Source: Actinomycetota bacterium (lineage in GTDB: Bacteria; Actinomycetota; UBA4738; HRBIN12). Taken from it: DNA of 64,000 nt. This document shows positions 28,429 to 38,230 of the stretch, one piece after another. Under the pieces are notes generated by a model. It was not told the origin of the DNA. It saw only the letters and a program-made list of their open reading frames with translations, and did not search any database. A program made the position numbers and the translations under genes. Where the stretch lies: assembly GCA_040902745.1 (NCBI GenBank), contig JBBDWR010000029.1, forward strand, positions 8,791 through 72,790. The letters are read 5' to 3'. The number at the start of each line of letters is the position of its first letter. Within the stretch, counting starts at the first letter, position 1.

Positions 28429-29795
28429 CTCACGTTCCTCCCCCCGCCGCGCTTCGCGGCACGGACGGCCGCCGCACCCACCTCGAACGCCCTCTCGCCG
28501 AACGGTCCAAGCACGGTCAGCGTCATCGGTCTGGACAGTACCCGGAGCGCGACCCGGTGCGCATCGGCCAAGGTCACCGACTCTATCCGGCGTAGCATCT
28601 GGTCGACCGTGAGGGTCTCGCCGTTCGCGATCTCCGACTTGCCGATGCGCGACATCCTGCTGCTTGGGTCTTCCAACGACAGGACGATCGACCCCTTGAC
28701 GTGTCCTTTGGCCCGCTCGAACTCGTCCTCGCGCAATCCCCCCTGGGCGACGGCTTCGATCTCGGCACGCAGCAGATCGACAACCTCCTGCGCCCGGACC
28801 GGCGTGGTGCCCGCGTAGGCGGCCCACTCGCCCGTCTCCGTGTACTGCGTGTGATAGCTGTAGACCGAATACGCGAGACCCCGTTGCTCTCGGATCTGCT
28901 GGAACAGCCGAGAGCTCATGCCCCCTCCGAGCGCGGTGTTCACGATCAAGAACGCGAACCGGTCCGGATCGTTGCGCGCGAGGCCATTCGTTCCGATGCA
29001 GATGTTGGCCTGCTCGGTCTTGCGCTTGCGGATGACCGACACCCCGGACGGGGTAGGCTCGACACCGGCGGTTCGCAGGTTCCAGGGCCGCCTCGCGCCT
29101 GCACGCAGTGCTCGCCCCGTTTCGATGTGCCGCCGCAAGTGCTGCAACAGGTCCTCATGCCGGACGTTTCCCGCGGCCGCGACGACCACGTTCCCGGGCA
29201 CGTAGTGCTTCTGGTAGAAGCGACGGACGCGGTCCCTCGTGGCCACCTCGATCGTCTCGCGGGTCCCCAGGACCGGTCGTCCCAGCGGGTGCCCCGGCCA
29301 CAGAGACTCGGTGAACAGATCGTGCACGACTTCGTCGGGAGAGTCTTCGTGCATGTTGATCTCTTCGAGGATCACCTGGCGCTCTGCATCGAGGTCGGCC
29401 GTCCGGATCACGCTGTGCTGCAGCATGTCCGCGAGGTAGTCGACAGCCATCGGGAGATCGTGGTCGCGCACCCGCGCGTAGTAGCAGGTCGTCTCCTTGG
29501 CTGTGAACGCGTTGAGGTCACCCCCGACGGCGTCGAACGCCTCGGCGATGTCGAGAGCGCTCCGGCTCTGCGTACCTTTGAAGAGCAGGTGCTCGAGGAA
29601 ATGTGAGGAGCCGCTGATCTTCGTGTGTTCGTCACGGGATCCTGCGAGAACCCAGAACCCGAGCGCCACCGACCGCACGCCGGGCATGCGGTCGGTGACC
29701 ACCCGAAGGCCGGAGGCGAACTCCGTGCGTTGGATCGCCACGGGATCCCGGCAGTCAGCCGGAGGTGGGAGCTTCGCCGGATCCGGAGCCGCCAT
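28425..29795 (-). CDS. M16 family zinc peptidase (insulinase/PepR-like)
   Basis: HxxEH zinc motif (HFLEHLLFKGT) plus inactive-half M16 domains. The start is uncertain between the ATG at 29795 (overlapping pnp end) and a GTG at ~29741. Confidence 0.8.
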   Translation of the reverse strand: MAAPDPAKLPPPADCRDPVAIQRTEFASGLRVVTDRMPGVRSVALGFWVLAGSRDEHTKISGSSHFLEHLLFKGTQSRSALDIAEAFDAVGGDLNAFTAKETTCYYARVRDHDLPMAVDYLADMLQHSVIRTADLDAERQVILEEINMHEDSPDEVVHDLFTESLWPGHPLGRPVLGTRETIEVATRDRVRRFYQKHYVPGNVVVAAAGNVRHEDLLQHLRRHIETGRALRAGARRPWNLRTAGVEPTPSGVSVIRKRKTEQANICIGTNGLARNDPDRFAFLIVNTALGGGMSSRLFQQIREQRGLAYSVYSYHTQYTETGEWAAYAGTTPVRAQEVVDLLRAEIEAVAQGGLREDEFERAKGHVKGSIVLSLEDPSSRMSRIGKSEIANGETLTVDQMLRRIESVTLADAHRVALRVLSRPMTLTVLGPFGERAFEVGAAAVRAAKRGGGRNVR

Positions 29796-32184
29796 CGGTG
29801 GGCGTGTCCCCACCGGAACCCTCGCCGCCGGAGCGACGGCGTCGACGGCGGTTACGTCGCTCGGGATCGCGGTCGCGTTCACGGTCACCGCCGGTGTCGG
29901 CGGTCCGATCTCCACCCCCGGTCGAGCTATTCCCGCCTCGGTCACCGCCTCGGTCACCGCCTCGGTCACCGCCTCGAGGGCGTCGATCGCGGTCTCCCCC
30001 GCCGCCACCGCCGCCGCCTTGGCCTTCCGGAGCGTCCCATTCTGGGCCGACGGGCTTGAGGCTGACCTTGCCCATCGCGTCGATGTCCTCGATGCGGACG
30101 CGGATCGTGTCGCCTTCCTTGACGGCTTCTTCGACGCTACTCAGTCGCTTTCCCTTGCCGAGCTTGGAGATGTGCACGAGTCCGTCGCGCCCGGGGACGA
30201 GGTTCACGAAGGCACCGAAGGTTGTCGTCTTGACGACATGGCCGTCGAACTCCTCACCGATCGACAACGGTCGCGGGTTCGCGATCTCGTCGATCATCTT
30301 CGCTGCTTCGTCGGCACCCGCACCTTCCCGAGAACCGATGAACACCGTGCCGTCGTCCTGGATGTCGACGTCCGCACCCGTCATCGCGATGATCTGGTTG
30401 ATCCGCTTGCCCTTTGGCCCGATGACCTCGCCGATCTTCTCCACGGGGATCGAGATCGTGAGGATCCGTGGCGCCTTGGAGTTCACCTCGGTGCGGGGAC
30501 CCGGGATCGTGTCGTGCATGACCTGCAGGATCTTTGTCCTCGCTTCTTTCGCTTGACCCAGCGCCTTCACGAGTTCCTCCGACGGCAGCCCGGTGACCTT
30601 CATGTCGAGCTGGATCGCGGTGACAAACTCGTCGGTGCCGGCGACCTTGAAGTCCATGTCCCCCAGCGCGTCCTCCGCGCCGAGGATGTCGGTGAGGGTC
30701 ACGTACGTGTCGCCTTCGGCGATCATGCCCATCGCGATGCCCGCGACGGGGGCTTTGATCGGCACCCCGGCGTCCATCAACGACAGCGCCGAGGAGCACA
30801 CGCTTGCCATCGACGTGGACCCGTTCGAGCTGAGGATCTCCGACACGAGGCGCAGGGTGTAGGGGAACTCCTCCTCGGAGGGGATCACCGGGATCAACGC
30901 GCGCTCCGCGAGCGCCCCATGGCCGATCTCTCGCCGGCGTGGGGTTCCGATCCTTCCGGTCTCTCCGTTCGCGAACGGCGGCATGTTGTAGTGATGCATG
31001 TACCGCTTGGTTTCTTCGAGGTCGAGCGTGTCGATCATCTGCGTCATGCGCAGCATGCCGAGCGTCGTGATGTTGAGCGCCTGGGTGTCGCCGCGCTGGA
31101 AGACCGCGGACCCGTGCGCCCGGGGCAGCAGTCCGACGATCGCCGAGAGCGGCCGCAGCTCCGTGGGAGTGCGTCCGTCGAGTCGGATCCCTTCGGAGAT
31201 CACCTTCTTACGCATGACCCGCTTCTGCAGGTCCTTGAAGGCTGGGGACACCTGCGAAGCGACCTCGGCGAACTTGTCCTCGCCCCAGGTCTGGCGCAGA
31301 TGCTCTTTGAGCTCGTCTTTGAGTCCCGACAGCTTCGCCTCGCGCTCCTTCTTCTGCGGCACGAGCGCGCCGGTGAGCCGCTCTTTCGCGAACGCCTCCA
31401 CGGCGGTCGCGACCTCATCCGAGTAGGGCTTCTTCGCCTCGAACGGCTGCGGTTGCACCTCGAGCATCCCGAGGAACTCGCTCTGGAAATCGATCACCTC
31501 GCCGATCGCGCGCTTCGCGGCCTCGAGGCCCTCCGCCACAACCTCCTCGGTCGGAGCGGAAGAGCCGTCGGCGATCAGCTTCCAGGTATTCTCGGGCGCT
31601 TCGCCCTCGATCATCAGCACGTCGATCTTGCCGGCGTCGTTGCGGCGACCGGCGACGACGATGTCGAACGTGGCTTCCTCGGCGTCCTGGAAGGTCGGGT
31701 TCACGACCCACTCGTCACCGATCAAGCCCATCCGCACGGCACCGATCGGACCCTCGAACGGCAAGCCCGCCTGCATCGTCGCGGCGCTGGCCCCGTTCAT
31801 TCCGACGATGTCGTAGGGGTTCACCATGTCGACCGACAGGACCGTGATCACGACCTGCACGTCGTCGTTGTAGCCCTCCTTGAAGCTCGGACGCAGTGGA
31901 CGGTCGGTCAGGCGAGCTGTGAGGATCGCGGTCTCGCCGGGTCGGCCTTCGCGTCGGAAGAAGCTGCCGGGGATCTTGCCGGCCGCATACATCTTCTCCT
32001 CGACGTCGACCGTCAACGGGAAGAAGTCGAGGCCCTCGCGGGGCTTGGCTGAGTTGGTGGTGCACAAGACCTGCGTCTCGCCGTAGGTAACGACGACAGC
32101 GCCTTGGGACTGCGGAGCCAGGAGCCCCGTCTCGAGCGTCATCGTCTGGTTCCCGATCTGTCGGGAAAGTTTGGTGGTGGCCAT
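29755..32184 (-). CDS. pnp: Polyribonucleotide nucleotidyltransferase (PNPase) with ~120-aa Gly/Arg/Asp-rich C-terminal tail
   Basis: Two RNase PH domains, KH (GPKGKRINQII) and S1 domains. The start MATTKL.. has the RBS aaggagg 8 nt upstream. The tail reads GGGGGGGGDRDRRPRGGDRGGDRGGDRGG...RRNRRRRRR. Confidence 0.9.
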   Translation of the reverse strand: MATTKLSRQIGNQTMTLETGLLAPQSQGAVVVTYGETQVLCTTNSAKPREGLDFFPLTVDVEEKMYAAGKIPGSFFRREGRPGETAILTARLTDRPLRPSFKEGYNDDVQVVITVLSVDMVNPYDIVGMNGASAATMQAGLPFEGPIGAVRMGLIGDEWVVNPTFQDAEEATFDIVVAGRRNDAGKIDVLMIEGEAPENTWKLIADGSSAPTEEVVAEGLEAAKRAIGEVIDFQSEFLGMLEVQPQPFEAKKPYSDEVATAVEAFAKERLTGALVPQKKEREAKLSGLKDELKEHLRQTWGEDKFAEVASQVSPAFKDLQKRVMRKKVISEGIRLDGRTPTELRPLSAIVGLLPRAHGSAVFQRGDTQALNITTLGMLRMTQMIDTLDLEETKRYMHHYNMPPFANGETGRIGTPRRREIGHGALAERALIPVIPSEEEFPYTLRLVSEILSSNGSTSMASVCSSALSLMDAGVPIKAPVAGIAMGMIAEGDTYVTLTDILGAEDALGDMDFKVAGTDEFVTAIQLDMKVTGLPSEELVKALGQAKEARTKILQVMHDTIPGPRTEVNSKAPRILTISIPVEKIGEVIGPKGKRINQIIAMTGADVDIQDDGTVFIGSREGAGADEAAKMIDEIANPRPLSIGEEFDGHVVKTTTFGAFVNLVPGRDGLVHISKLGKGKRLSSVEEAVKEGDTIRVRIEDIDAMGKVSLKPVGPEWDAPEGQGGGGGGGGDRDRRPRGGDRGGDRGGDRGGNSSTGGGDRTADTGGDRERDRDPERRNRRRRRRSGGEGSGGDTPTDGGSGSGEAPTSG
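29933..29976. repeat. 12-nt tandem repeat (cgcctcggtcac x ~3.5) encoding the GGDR repeats of the PNPase tail
   Basis: Seen directly in the sequence. It is in-frame and coding. Confidence 0.7.
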
Positions 32185-32428
32185 AGGCCTGTTCCTCCTT
32201 GGAAACGGGCGCACCTTGGGTGCGCGTGGTGTGGTGGGACGACTGCGGGAGGGAGCCGGCGTGGCCAGTTGTCAGTGGTGAATCTCCGAGCGCCTCACGG
32301 ACGCGTTCGGGGACTCGCTACTGAGAACCGACCCGATGCCGCTCGCCCCTCCGTGGTTCAAGGGCTGGTCGTTCGACTTCCCCCTCTCCGAGCGGATGCA
32401 GCGCGACCGAGCCGCTGCTCGGATCGCT

Positions 32429-32698
32429 TCAGCGCCGCAGACCCAAGCGGGCAATCAGTTCGCGATACCGCTGGATGTCCTCGCGCTTGAGGTAGTCGAG
32501 CATCCGTCGGCGACGACCGACCATCTGGAGCAGCCCACGCCGGGACGCGTGGTCCTTGGAGTGGGTCTTGAGGTGCTCCGTGAGATCGGAGATCCGCTTG
32601 CTGAGGATCGCGACCTGCACTTCGGCCGAGCCCGTATCCCCATCAGAACGCCGGTGCTCACCGACCAGCTGGGTCTTGTCTTCTTTCGTAAGCGCCAT
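32429..32698 (-). CDS. rpsO: 30S ribosomal protein S15
   Basis: [12 protein letters not shown]... (89 aa from the internal ATG) is full-length S15. Confidence 0.9.
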   Translation of the reverse strand: MALTKEDKTQLVGEHRRSDGDTGSAEVQVAILSKRISDLTEHLKTHSKDHASRRGLLQMVGRRRRMLDYLKREDIQRYRELIARLGLRR

Positions 32699-32954
32699 AT
32701 GCAGCAGGAAGGCTACCACAGGCACATTCACGTCTTGCCGGGCACCACATGCGGCGGATCACCCCCGAAGCGTGACCGAAAGACCCCCACGGACCCGACT
32801 TCCGACCGAGGCCGGGCACGGTACCAGCGGACTACGATCGGGGGACAGAACTCCCTGCGTCCACATCTCAGGGGGAGCTGCCGACGAGCCGGTGACCGGG
32901 GAGGGTTGCCGGCTCGTCCCGTAGAGGGGTCGACCCGGCCCCGTCGGGCAGGGC

Positions 32955-34049
32955 TCACCGCAAGACAGGGTGGCCCGTCGCCTCGATCGTGGCGGGAAGC
33001 AGCCGGGCTCTCAGGGCACCGTTCGGCCGGATCGCCACCCGGCCAACACCCGTGGCGGATCCGGCGACCGAGAAGTCCGGCCAGACGAAGTTCCCCAGGC
33101 TCCAGAAGATCGGCTTGCCCCGGTACAGATCGAGAGGTTGCAAGCGGTGCGAGTGGTGGCCGAACACGATGTCTGCCCCGGCGTCGACGAACCGGTGCCC
33201 CAGGACCACCTGTTCGGGGCGGGGCTCAGTGTCGAGCTCGACCCCCCAATGGATAGTGACGACCACGATGTCGGACCGGCGGGCAGCCGAGCGGATCGCC
33301 CGAAGCATCAGCTGAGTATCGTGACCCGCCGCCGTTCCGGGCTTCGAAGCGGTGGCGATCGCGTCCGGGTATGGATCGACCACCTGGTCGAAACCGAGGA
33401 CCGCGACCTTCCAACCGTCGAGCTCGAATCTCGCGGGATCCAGGGCGTCGTCTTGAGTGGCGCCCGCGCCGACCGGGGCGATCCGTGCCCGGCGCACGTT
33501 GCGAACGGTGTCCAGGAGCGCGGCCGGGCCGAAATCGTACGCGTGATTGTTGCCGAGGTTCGCGACCTCTACACCCGCACGACGCATCGACCCAAGGGCG
33601 GCGGGATCGCCGCGGAAGTTGAACTCCTTCTCGACCGCGGCACCTCTGTCGGAGACCGCGCACTCGAGATTGATCACCGTCAGGTCGTCGCGACGGAACG
33701 AGCCATCGAGACCCGACCACGCGTAGTCCCACCCGTGGGAAACGAACGTGGGGACGTAGGACGGGTCGATGTTCACATCACCCGTTCCTTGGATCACGAT
33801 CGCCCCCTTCGGCTCCTCCTCGACGTTCTCGTGCGCCGCGCCCTCACGAGCGCGAGGCGATGGCGAGGGATCCAGGCTGTCGGATGGGGCGAGAGCGGTG
33901 ACCGTCGGTGCGCCGACCCCCTCCGACCCAGCCCGGTGCATCCATGCGATCGAACCGAGTCCGACAGCCGTCGACGCGATCGCGGCGAGCGCGATCAGCA
34001 CCCACGGCGAACCACCGCGTCGGCGGTGGGTGCCGTGGCCTGCTGGCAT
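32955..34049 (-). CDS. CapA/PGA_cap family metallophosphatase-like membrane-anchored protein
   Basis: N-terminal TM helix, then the CapA motifs (NLECAVS..., GNNHAYDFG, HWGVE, VVLGHHSH). Confidence 0.8.
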   Translation of the reverse strand: MPAGHGTHRRRGGSPWVLIALAAIASTAVGLGSIAWMHRAGSEGVGAPTVTALAPSDSLDPSPSPRAREGAAHENVEEEPKGAIVIQGTGDVNIDPSYVPTFVSHGWDYAWSGLDGSFRRDDLTVINLECAVSDRGAAVEKEFNFRGDPAALGSMRRAGVEVANLGNNHAYDFGPAALLDTVRNVRRARIAPVGAGATQDDALDPARFELDGWKVAVLGFDQVVDPYPDAIATASKPGTAAGHDTQLMLRAIRSAARRSDIVVVTIHWGVELDTEPRPEQVVLGHRFVDAGADIVFGHHSHRLQPLDLYRGKPIFWSLGNFVWPDFSVAGSATGVGRVAIRPNGALRARLLPATIEATGHPVLR

Positions 34050-34052
34050 CGG

Positions 34053-35009
34053 CTAGTCCCCCGCGGACAGATCGACCAGGGCGCGGGTGCGCTCGACGTC
34101 TTGTGCGATCGCGTCGGTGAGTGCCTCGGGTCCGTCGAACCGCTCCTCGTCGCGCAGTCGGGCATGGAACGAGACGGCGATCGGGTCGCCTCGAAGCTCG
34201 GCAGCAGCGAAATCCAAGAGATAGGCCTCCACGTGTAACGGTTCGGATCCGAAGGTCGGGTTGGTCCCACAGCTGATCGCCGCAACGAAGCGGCCGTCTG
34301 CGACCCGGGCGGATCCCGCGTAGATCCCCGATCCGGGAAGCAACAACCGGGGCCATGTCCGCAGGTTCGCCGTGGGGTAGCCGAGACCCTTACCCCTGCC
34401 GGCGCCGGCTACCACTTCGCCATCCAGCACGAAACGCCGTCCGAGCGCTGCCGTCGGCCACATCAGATCTCCGGCTGCCAGCGCCTCTCGGATCGATGAC
34501 GACGACACGCGTCGGCCGTCGATGTCCACGAGCTCGACGGCTTCCGCCGTGAACCCGCATCGGTCCGCATGCGCTCGAAGGGTCCCGATCGTTCCGGCCG
34601 CCTTGTGACCGAACGTGAAGTTCGCTCCGATCACCACGTGCGCGGCTCGCAGGCCCGTTGCCAAGACCTGGTCCATGAACTTCTCCGGCGTCCAACGCGA
34701 AACCGACTCCGTGAACTCCAACACCACCAGATGATCGATCCCGGCTGAGGCGATCAGCTCTGCCTTCCGCTCGACCGATGTGAGCAGGCGAGGTTCGCGC
34801 CCCGGAGTGAGGATCTCGCGCGGATGCTTGTCGAACGTCACGGCCACCGACGGGATGCCTCGGCTGCGGGCCACCTCCACCGCCCGACCCAGCACCGCCC
34901 GATGACCGCGGTGGACCCCGTCGAAGAACCCGACGGTGACGGTCGAGGCCGCAAGCTGCAGCGGCAGCGCCTCGAGCCCGCGGTGCACGATCATGTCGCC
35001 GGACGCCAT
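34053..35009 (-). CDS. ribF: Bifunctional riboflavin kinase / FMN adenylyltransferase
   Basis: FAD-synthetase motifs (GFFDGVHRGH) and the RFK domain (GxGxGxxLGYPTAN...PTFG). Confidence 0.9.
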   Translation of the reverse strand: MASGDMIVHRGLEALPLQLAASTVTVGFFDGVHRGHRAVLGRAVEVARSRGIPSVAVTFDKHPREILTPGREPRLLTSVERKAELIASAGIDHLVVLEFTESVSRWTPEKFMDQVLATGLRAAHVVIGANFTFGHKAAGTIGTLRAHADRCGFTAEAVELVDIDGRRVSSSSIREALAAGDLMWPTAALGRRFVLDGEVVAGAGRGKGLGYPTANLRTWPRLLLPGSGIYAGSARVADGRFVAAISCGTNPTFGSEPLHVEAYLLDFAAAELRGDPIAVSFHARLRDEERFDGPEALTDAIAQDVERTRALVDLSAGD

Positions 35010-35071
35010 CGCACGGCAGGGTACCCGAGGGCGCCACGGGCCTCTGTGGTTCCGGTCGGAGAACCCCTACG

Positions 35072-35911
35072 ATGCGGCCCATGAGCGCCCCCCGCACCTG
35101 CAACGGCGCCGGATCGCGATGGATCCGAGGTGGGATCTTCCTGCTCGTGCTTCTGACCCTCATGAGTTGCTCGGTCACGCTGGGAACCGAGGAAGACGTG
35201 TCGCCCGCGCTCGAACTCGGGATCCTCGAACTCGTCCCCGAGTACTCAGGTGCAGCGCTCGACTACTACACGCCCGGATCGCTCACCGGCGCTGATGCCG
35301 GCGACCTTCCGCAGCAACTCGATGCGGCGCTTGAGACCGCAGGGCTGCGAGCCTTGGCCTTCTCCCGCGCTCAGGATCGTGACAAGGTCGCCGTCACGCG
35401 GGCGACCGCAGAGCGGCACGATCTGGAGTCGGTCAGCGATCTGGACCGCGTGGCTCCGGAGTTGCTCTTCGGCGGGCCACCCGAGTGCCCGCAGCGTCCG
35501 ACGTGTCTTCCCGGCCTCGAGCGCGTCTACGGCCTGCGGTTCGCCGGATTCATCTCATTGGACGTCGGCGGTCCGATCACGAGCGCCGCGTTGGCGGACG
35601 GCGTCGTCGACGCGGCGTTGTTGTTCACGACCGACGCGGACGTCCGGGTCGAGGATTTCGTGCTCCTCGACGACGACCGACATCTACAACCCCGCCAGAA
35701 CATCGTGCCGGTGGTCCGTCCCGAGGTGGTTCAGCGGTTCGGTTCGGAGGCCGTCGACATCATCGACGCCGTGTCCCGTAGGCTCACCACCCGAGATCTC
35801 TCGCTGATGGACGAATCGGCGGAGCAGGGTCGCGCCCCGGAGCAGATCACGCTCGACTGGCTCGAGCGCAACGGGCTGATCCCGCAGGTCGAAAGCCGAG
35901 AGGAGGGATGA
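35072..35911 (+). CDS. Glycine-betaine/compatible-solute ABC-type substrate-binding lipoprotein (OpuAC/ProX-like), orphan
   Basis: Lipobox LTLMSCS and an OpuAC-fold SBP with aromatic-box residues. No cognate permease or ATPase is adjacent. Confidence 0.65.
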   Translation: MRPMSAPRTCNGAGSRWIRGGIFLLVLLTLMSCSVTLGTEEDVSPALELGILELVPEYSGAALDYYTPGSLTGADAGDLPQQLDAALETAGLRALAFSRAQDRDKVAVTRATAERHDLESVSDLDRVAPELLFGGPPECPQRPTCLPGLERVYGLRFAGFISLDVGGPITSAALADGVVDAALLFTTDADVRVEDFVLLDDDRHLQPRQNIVPVVRPEVVQRFGSEAVDIIDAVSRRLTTRDLSLMDESAEQGRAPEQITLDWLERNGLIPQVESREEG

Positions 35912-37599
35912 GCATGGACGCGACCGAGATCGGGGAAGGACCGGCGGACGAACACAAGCGATCGATCCGCTCCGGCCAGGTTCGGCGCCGACCCTCGGGC
36001 GAACCGCCGCCGCTGCCCCGCGGCAAGCTCGGCGCATCCGGACGCCTGTTGGTCGGGCTGTTGCTCGCGTCGGTCGTTGCGGGAGTGATCCTGGCCTATG
36101 CCGCCGGCGAAGTCGGCGCGACGGAGCGATTCGAGTCGAGCGTGATCCGGGCGATCGCGAAGCTGCGGACACCGTGGCTCACCAGCATCGCCGACGGGCT
36201 GCACGATCTCACCGACCTCTGGTTCATCCGTTTGCTGGGCTGGTCGACGATGCTCGTGCTGATCGTCTTCCGCCGCTGGCGACACCTAGCGGTGTTCGTG
36301 ATCTCGATCCTGTTGTTGGAGCTGGCGACCTTCCAGCTGCAAGCATTGCTGGAACGACCACGACCGCTCGGCGTGACGATCCTGTCAGGATGGGAAGGAC
36401 CATCGTTCCCCGCCCGAGGCGTCGCGACGATCAGTGTGATCGCGATCGGCGCGATCTACGCACTTGTCCCCCACGGGCGCTGGCGGTTCCGCGCCAAGAG
36501 CATCGCGGGTGCGTTCATCGTTCTCGTGAGCCTCGCGGAGATCTACCTCGCGGTGAACCATCCGTCCGACGTGCTCACCGGGGCGCTCCTGGGCTTCGTG
36601 TTCGCGGTTGGGGGGTTCCGTATCTTCGCCCCGAGCGACATCTTCCCGGTGAGCTACGGCCGTGGCACGAGCGCTCATCTCGATCTCGGTGGCGAACGTG
36701 GCGAGGCGATCCGGATGGCCGTGGCCGACGGGCTCGGTCTGCAGGTCGTCGAAGTCAAACCCTTCGGACTCGCTGGGTCGGGCGGCTCGAGCCCCATGCG
36801 CCTCAGGGTCGAGGGCGGCTCCCAGCCGTACCTGTTCGCCAAGCTGTACGCGACGCAGCACGTGCGGGCGGACCGCTGGTACAAGACCGGTCGCACGATC
36901 CGCTACGGCGCACTCGAGGACGAGAAGCCGTTCAAGTCGGTGCGCCAACTCGTGGAGTACGAGGACTACGCCTTGCGATTGATGCGGGACTCCGGCATCC
37001 CCGTCGCCACGCCCTACGGCGTCGTCGAGATCACCCCGGAGCGCGAATACATGATCGTCACCGAACTGTTCGAGGGAGCCGTCGAGATCTCCGAAGCCGA
37101 GGTCGACGATCGCGTGATCGACGACGGCCTGCTCCTCGTTCGCAAGCTCTGGGAGGCTGGACTGGCCCACCGTGACATCAAGCCGGCGAACCTGCTCGTG
37201 CGGGACTGCCGCTTGCAAGTGATCGACGTCGCGTTCGGCCAGGTGCGCCCGTCGCCGTGGCGTCAGGCCGTGGACCTTGCGAACATGATGCTGGTTCTCG
37301 CCCTCTACAGCGATCCCGATCGCGTGTACGAGCGGGCGCTGCAGTTCTTCCAGCCGGATGAGATCGCGGAGGCATTCGCGGCGACGTACGGGATGGCGAG
37401 TCCCTCGCAGCTCCGCACGGAGATGAAGCGTGACGACCGCGACCTCGTGGCCAGATTCCGAGAGCTCGCTCCGACGCGCCCGAGGATCTCGATCCAACGG
37501 TGGAGCCTGCGGCGCGTGGGACTCACCGGGATCGTGGTCGTCTCGGGTCTGATCCTGCTCGCAATGGCGTTGGCGATGGTCCAACGGGGGGTCCTGTGA
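35908..37599 (+). CDS. Membrane protein fusing an N-terminal PAP2 lipid phosphatase domain to a C-terminal eukaryotic-like (HRD) kinase domain
   Basis: PAP2 motifs (KxxxxxxRP, PSFPARG, SxxxxxHxxxD: SLAEIYLAVNHPSDV) sit within 6 TM helices. The kinase-like part carries a Lys region (YLFAKLY), the catalytic loop HRDIKPANLLV, the DFG-like IDVAFG and a terminal TM helix. Confidence 0.7.
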   Translation: MSMDATEIGEGPADEHKRSIRSGQVRRRPSGEPPPLPRGKLGASGRLLVGLLLASVVAGVILAYAAGEVGATERFESSVIRAIAKLRTPWLTSIADGLHDLTDLWFIRLLGWSTMLVLIVFRRWRHLAVFVISILLLELATFQLQALLERPRPLGVTILSGWEGPSFPARGVATISVIAIGAIYALVPHGRWRFRAKSIAGAFIVLVSLAEIYLAVNHPSDVLTGALLGFVFAVGGFRIFAPSDIFPVSYGRGTSAHLDLGGERGEAIRMAVADGLGLQVVEVKPFGLAGSGGSSPMRLRVEGGSQPYLFAKLYATQHVRADRWYKTGRTIRYGALEDEKPFKSVRQLVEYEDYALRLMRDSGIPVATPYGVVEITPEREYMIVTELFEGAVEISEAEVDDRVIDDGLLLVRKLWEAGLAHRDIKPANLLVRDCRLQVIDVAFGQVRPSPWRQAVDLANMMLVLALYSDPDRVYERALQFFQPDEIAEAFAATYGMASPSQLRTEMKRDDRDLVARFRELAPTRPRISIQRWSLRRVGLTGIVVVSGLILLAMALAMVQRGVL

Positions 37600-38210
37600 C
37601 CGGGCGAGCGAACGGCCGTGGGTCCCGTGGCGCGCGGCGTGCGGCGGCCGTGGTCGCGCTCACCGTGCTCGTCCCGTTGCTCGCCGGATGCGCCGCGAAC
37701 AACGTGGCGGCTCCCATGTGCACGCCTGAGAGCAGCCTGCCGGAGCGGCTCCTGGTAGCGCAGTCGATACCGGACGCCTCGCTCGTCCCGTGCATCGAGG
37801 TCTTTCCTGCGGGATGGAACTTCGGAGGCATGACGGTGGCGGCGGGCGAGACCGTCTTCACGCTCGACAACGATCGCGGCGGGTTCGACGCGATGAAGGT
37901 GACGATGACCCCGGTCTGTGCGATCGGAGATGCCCGCCCACAGCAGGTGCAGGGAGACGAGATCGGCACGACGAAGTACGTTCGGCCGATCGAGACCGGC
38001 GGCCGGATCCTTCCCGCAACCGCCTTCTATCGTTATCCGGGCGCGTGCGTGACCGTCGAGTATCGCCTGGCGGCGGACGCACCCTCCAGCCTGTTCGCGG
38101 AAGCCGGCACCGCGCTGTCGTTCCTGCCTCGCAGCGAGATCGTCGCCGAGACGTCCGAGCGGATCGGCGAGATCCTGTGCGGAGCGGAGGCACCCCCCTG
38201 TCCGGGATAG
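37596..38210 (+). CDS. Lipoprotein of unknown function
   Basis: The GTG start overlaps the upstream stop. It has a lipobox (LLAGCAAN) and 6 Cys (possible disulfides). Confidence 0.55.
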   Translation: MTGRANGRGSRGARRAAAVVALTVLVPLLAGCAANNVAAPMCTPESSLPERLLVAQSIPDASLVPCIEVFPAGWNFGGMTVAAGETVFTLDNDRGGFDAMKVTMTPVCAIGDARPQQVQGDEIGTTKYVRPIETGGRILPATAFYRYPGACVTVEYRLAADAPSSLFAEAGTALSFLPRSEIVAETSERIGEILCGAEAPPCPG

Positions 38211-38230
38211 TCCCCCGTCGGCGACAGGAG

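Noticed and set aside
29500-29800. Apparent +/-1 nt inconsistencies between my manual base counting and ORF-track frames around the pnp/peptidase junction (possible frameshifts).
   Set aside because: The ORF track gives uninterrupted full-length PNPase and M16 peptidase frames whose ends check out. I attribute the discrepancy to my own counting and relied on track coordinates; local coordinates may be off by 1.
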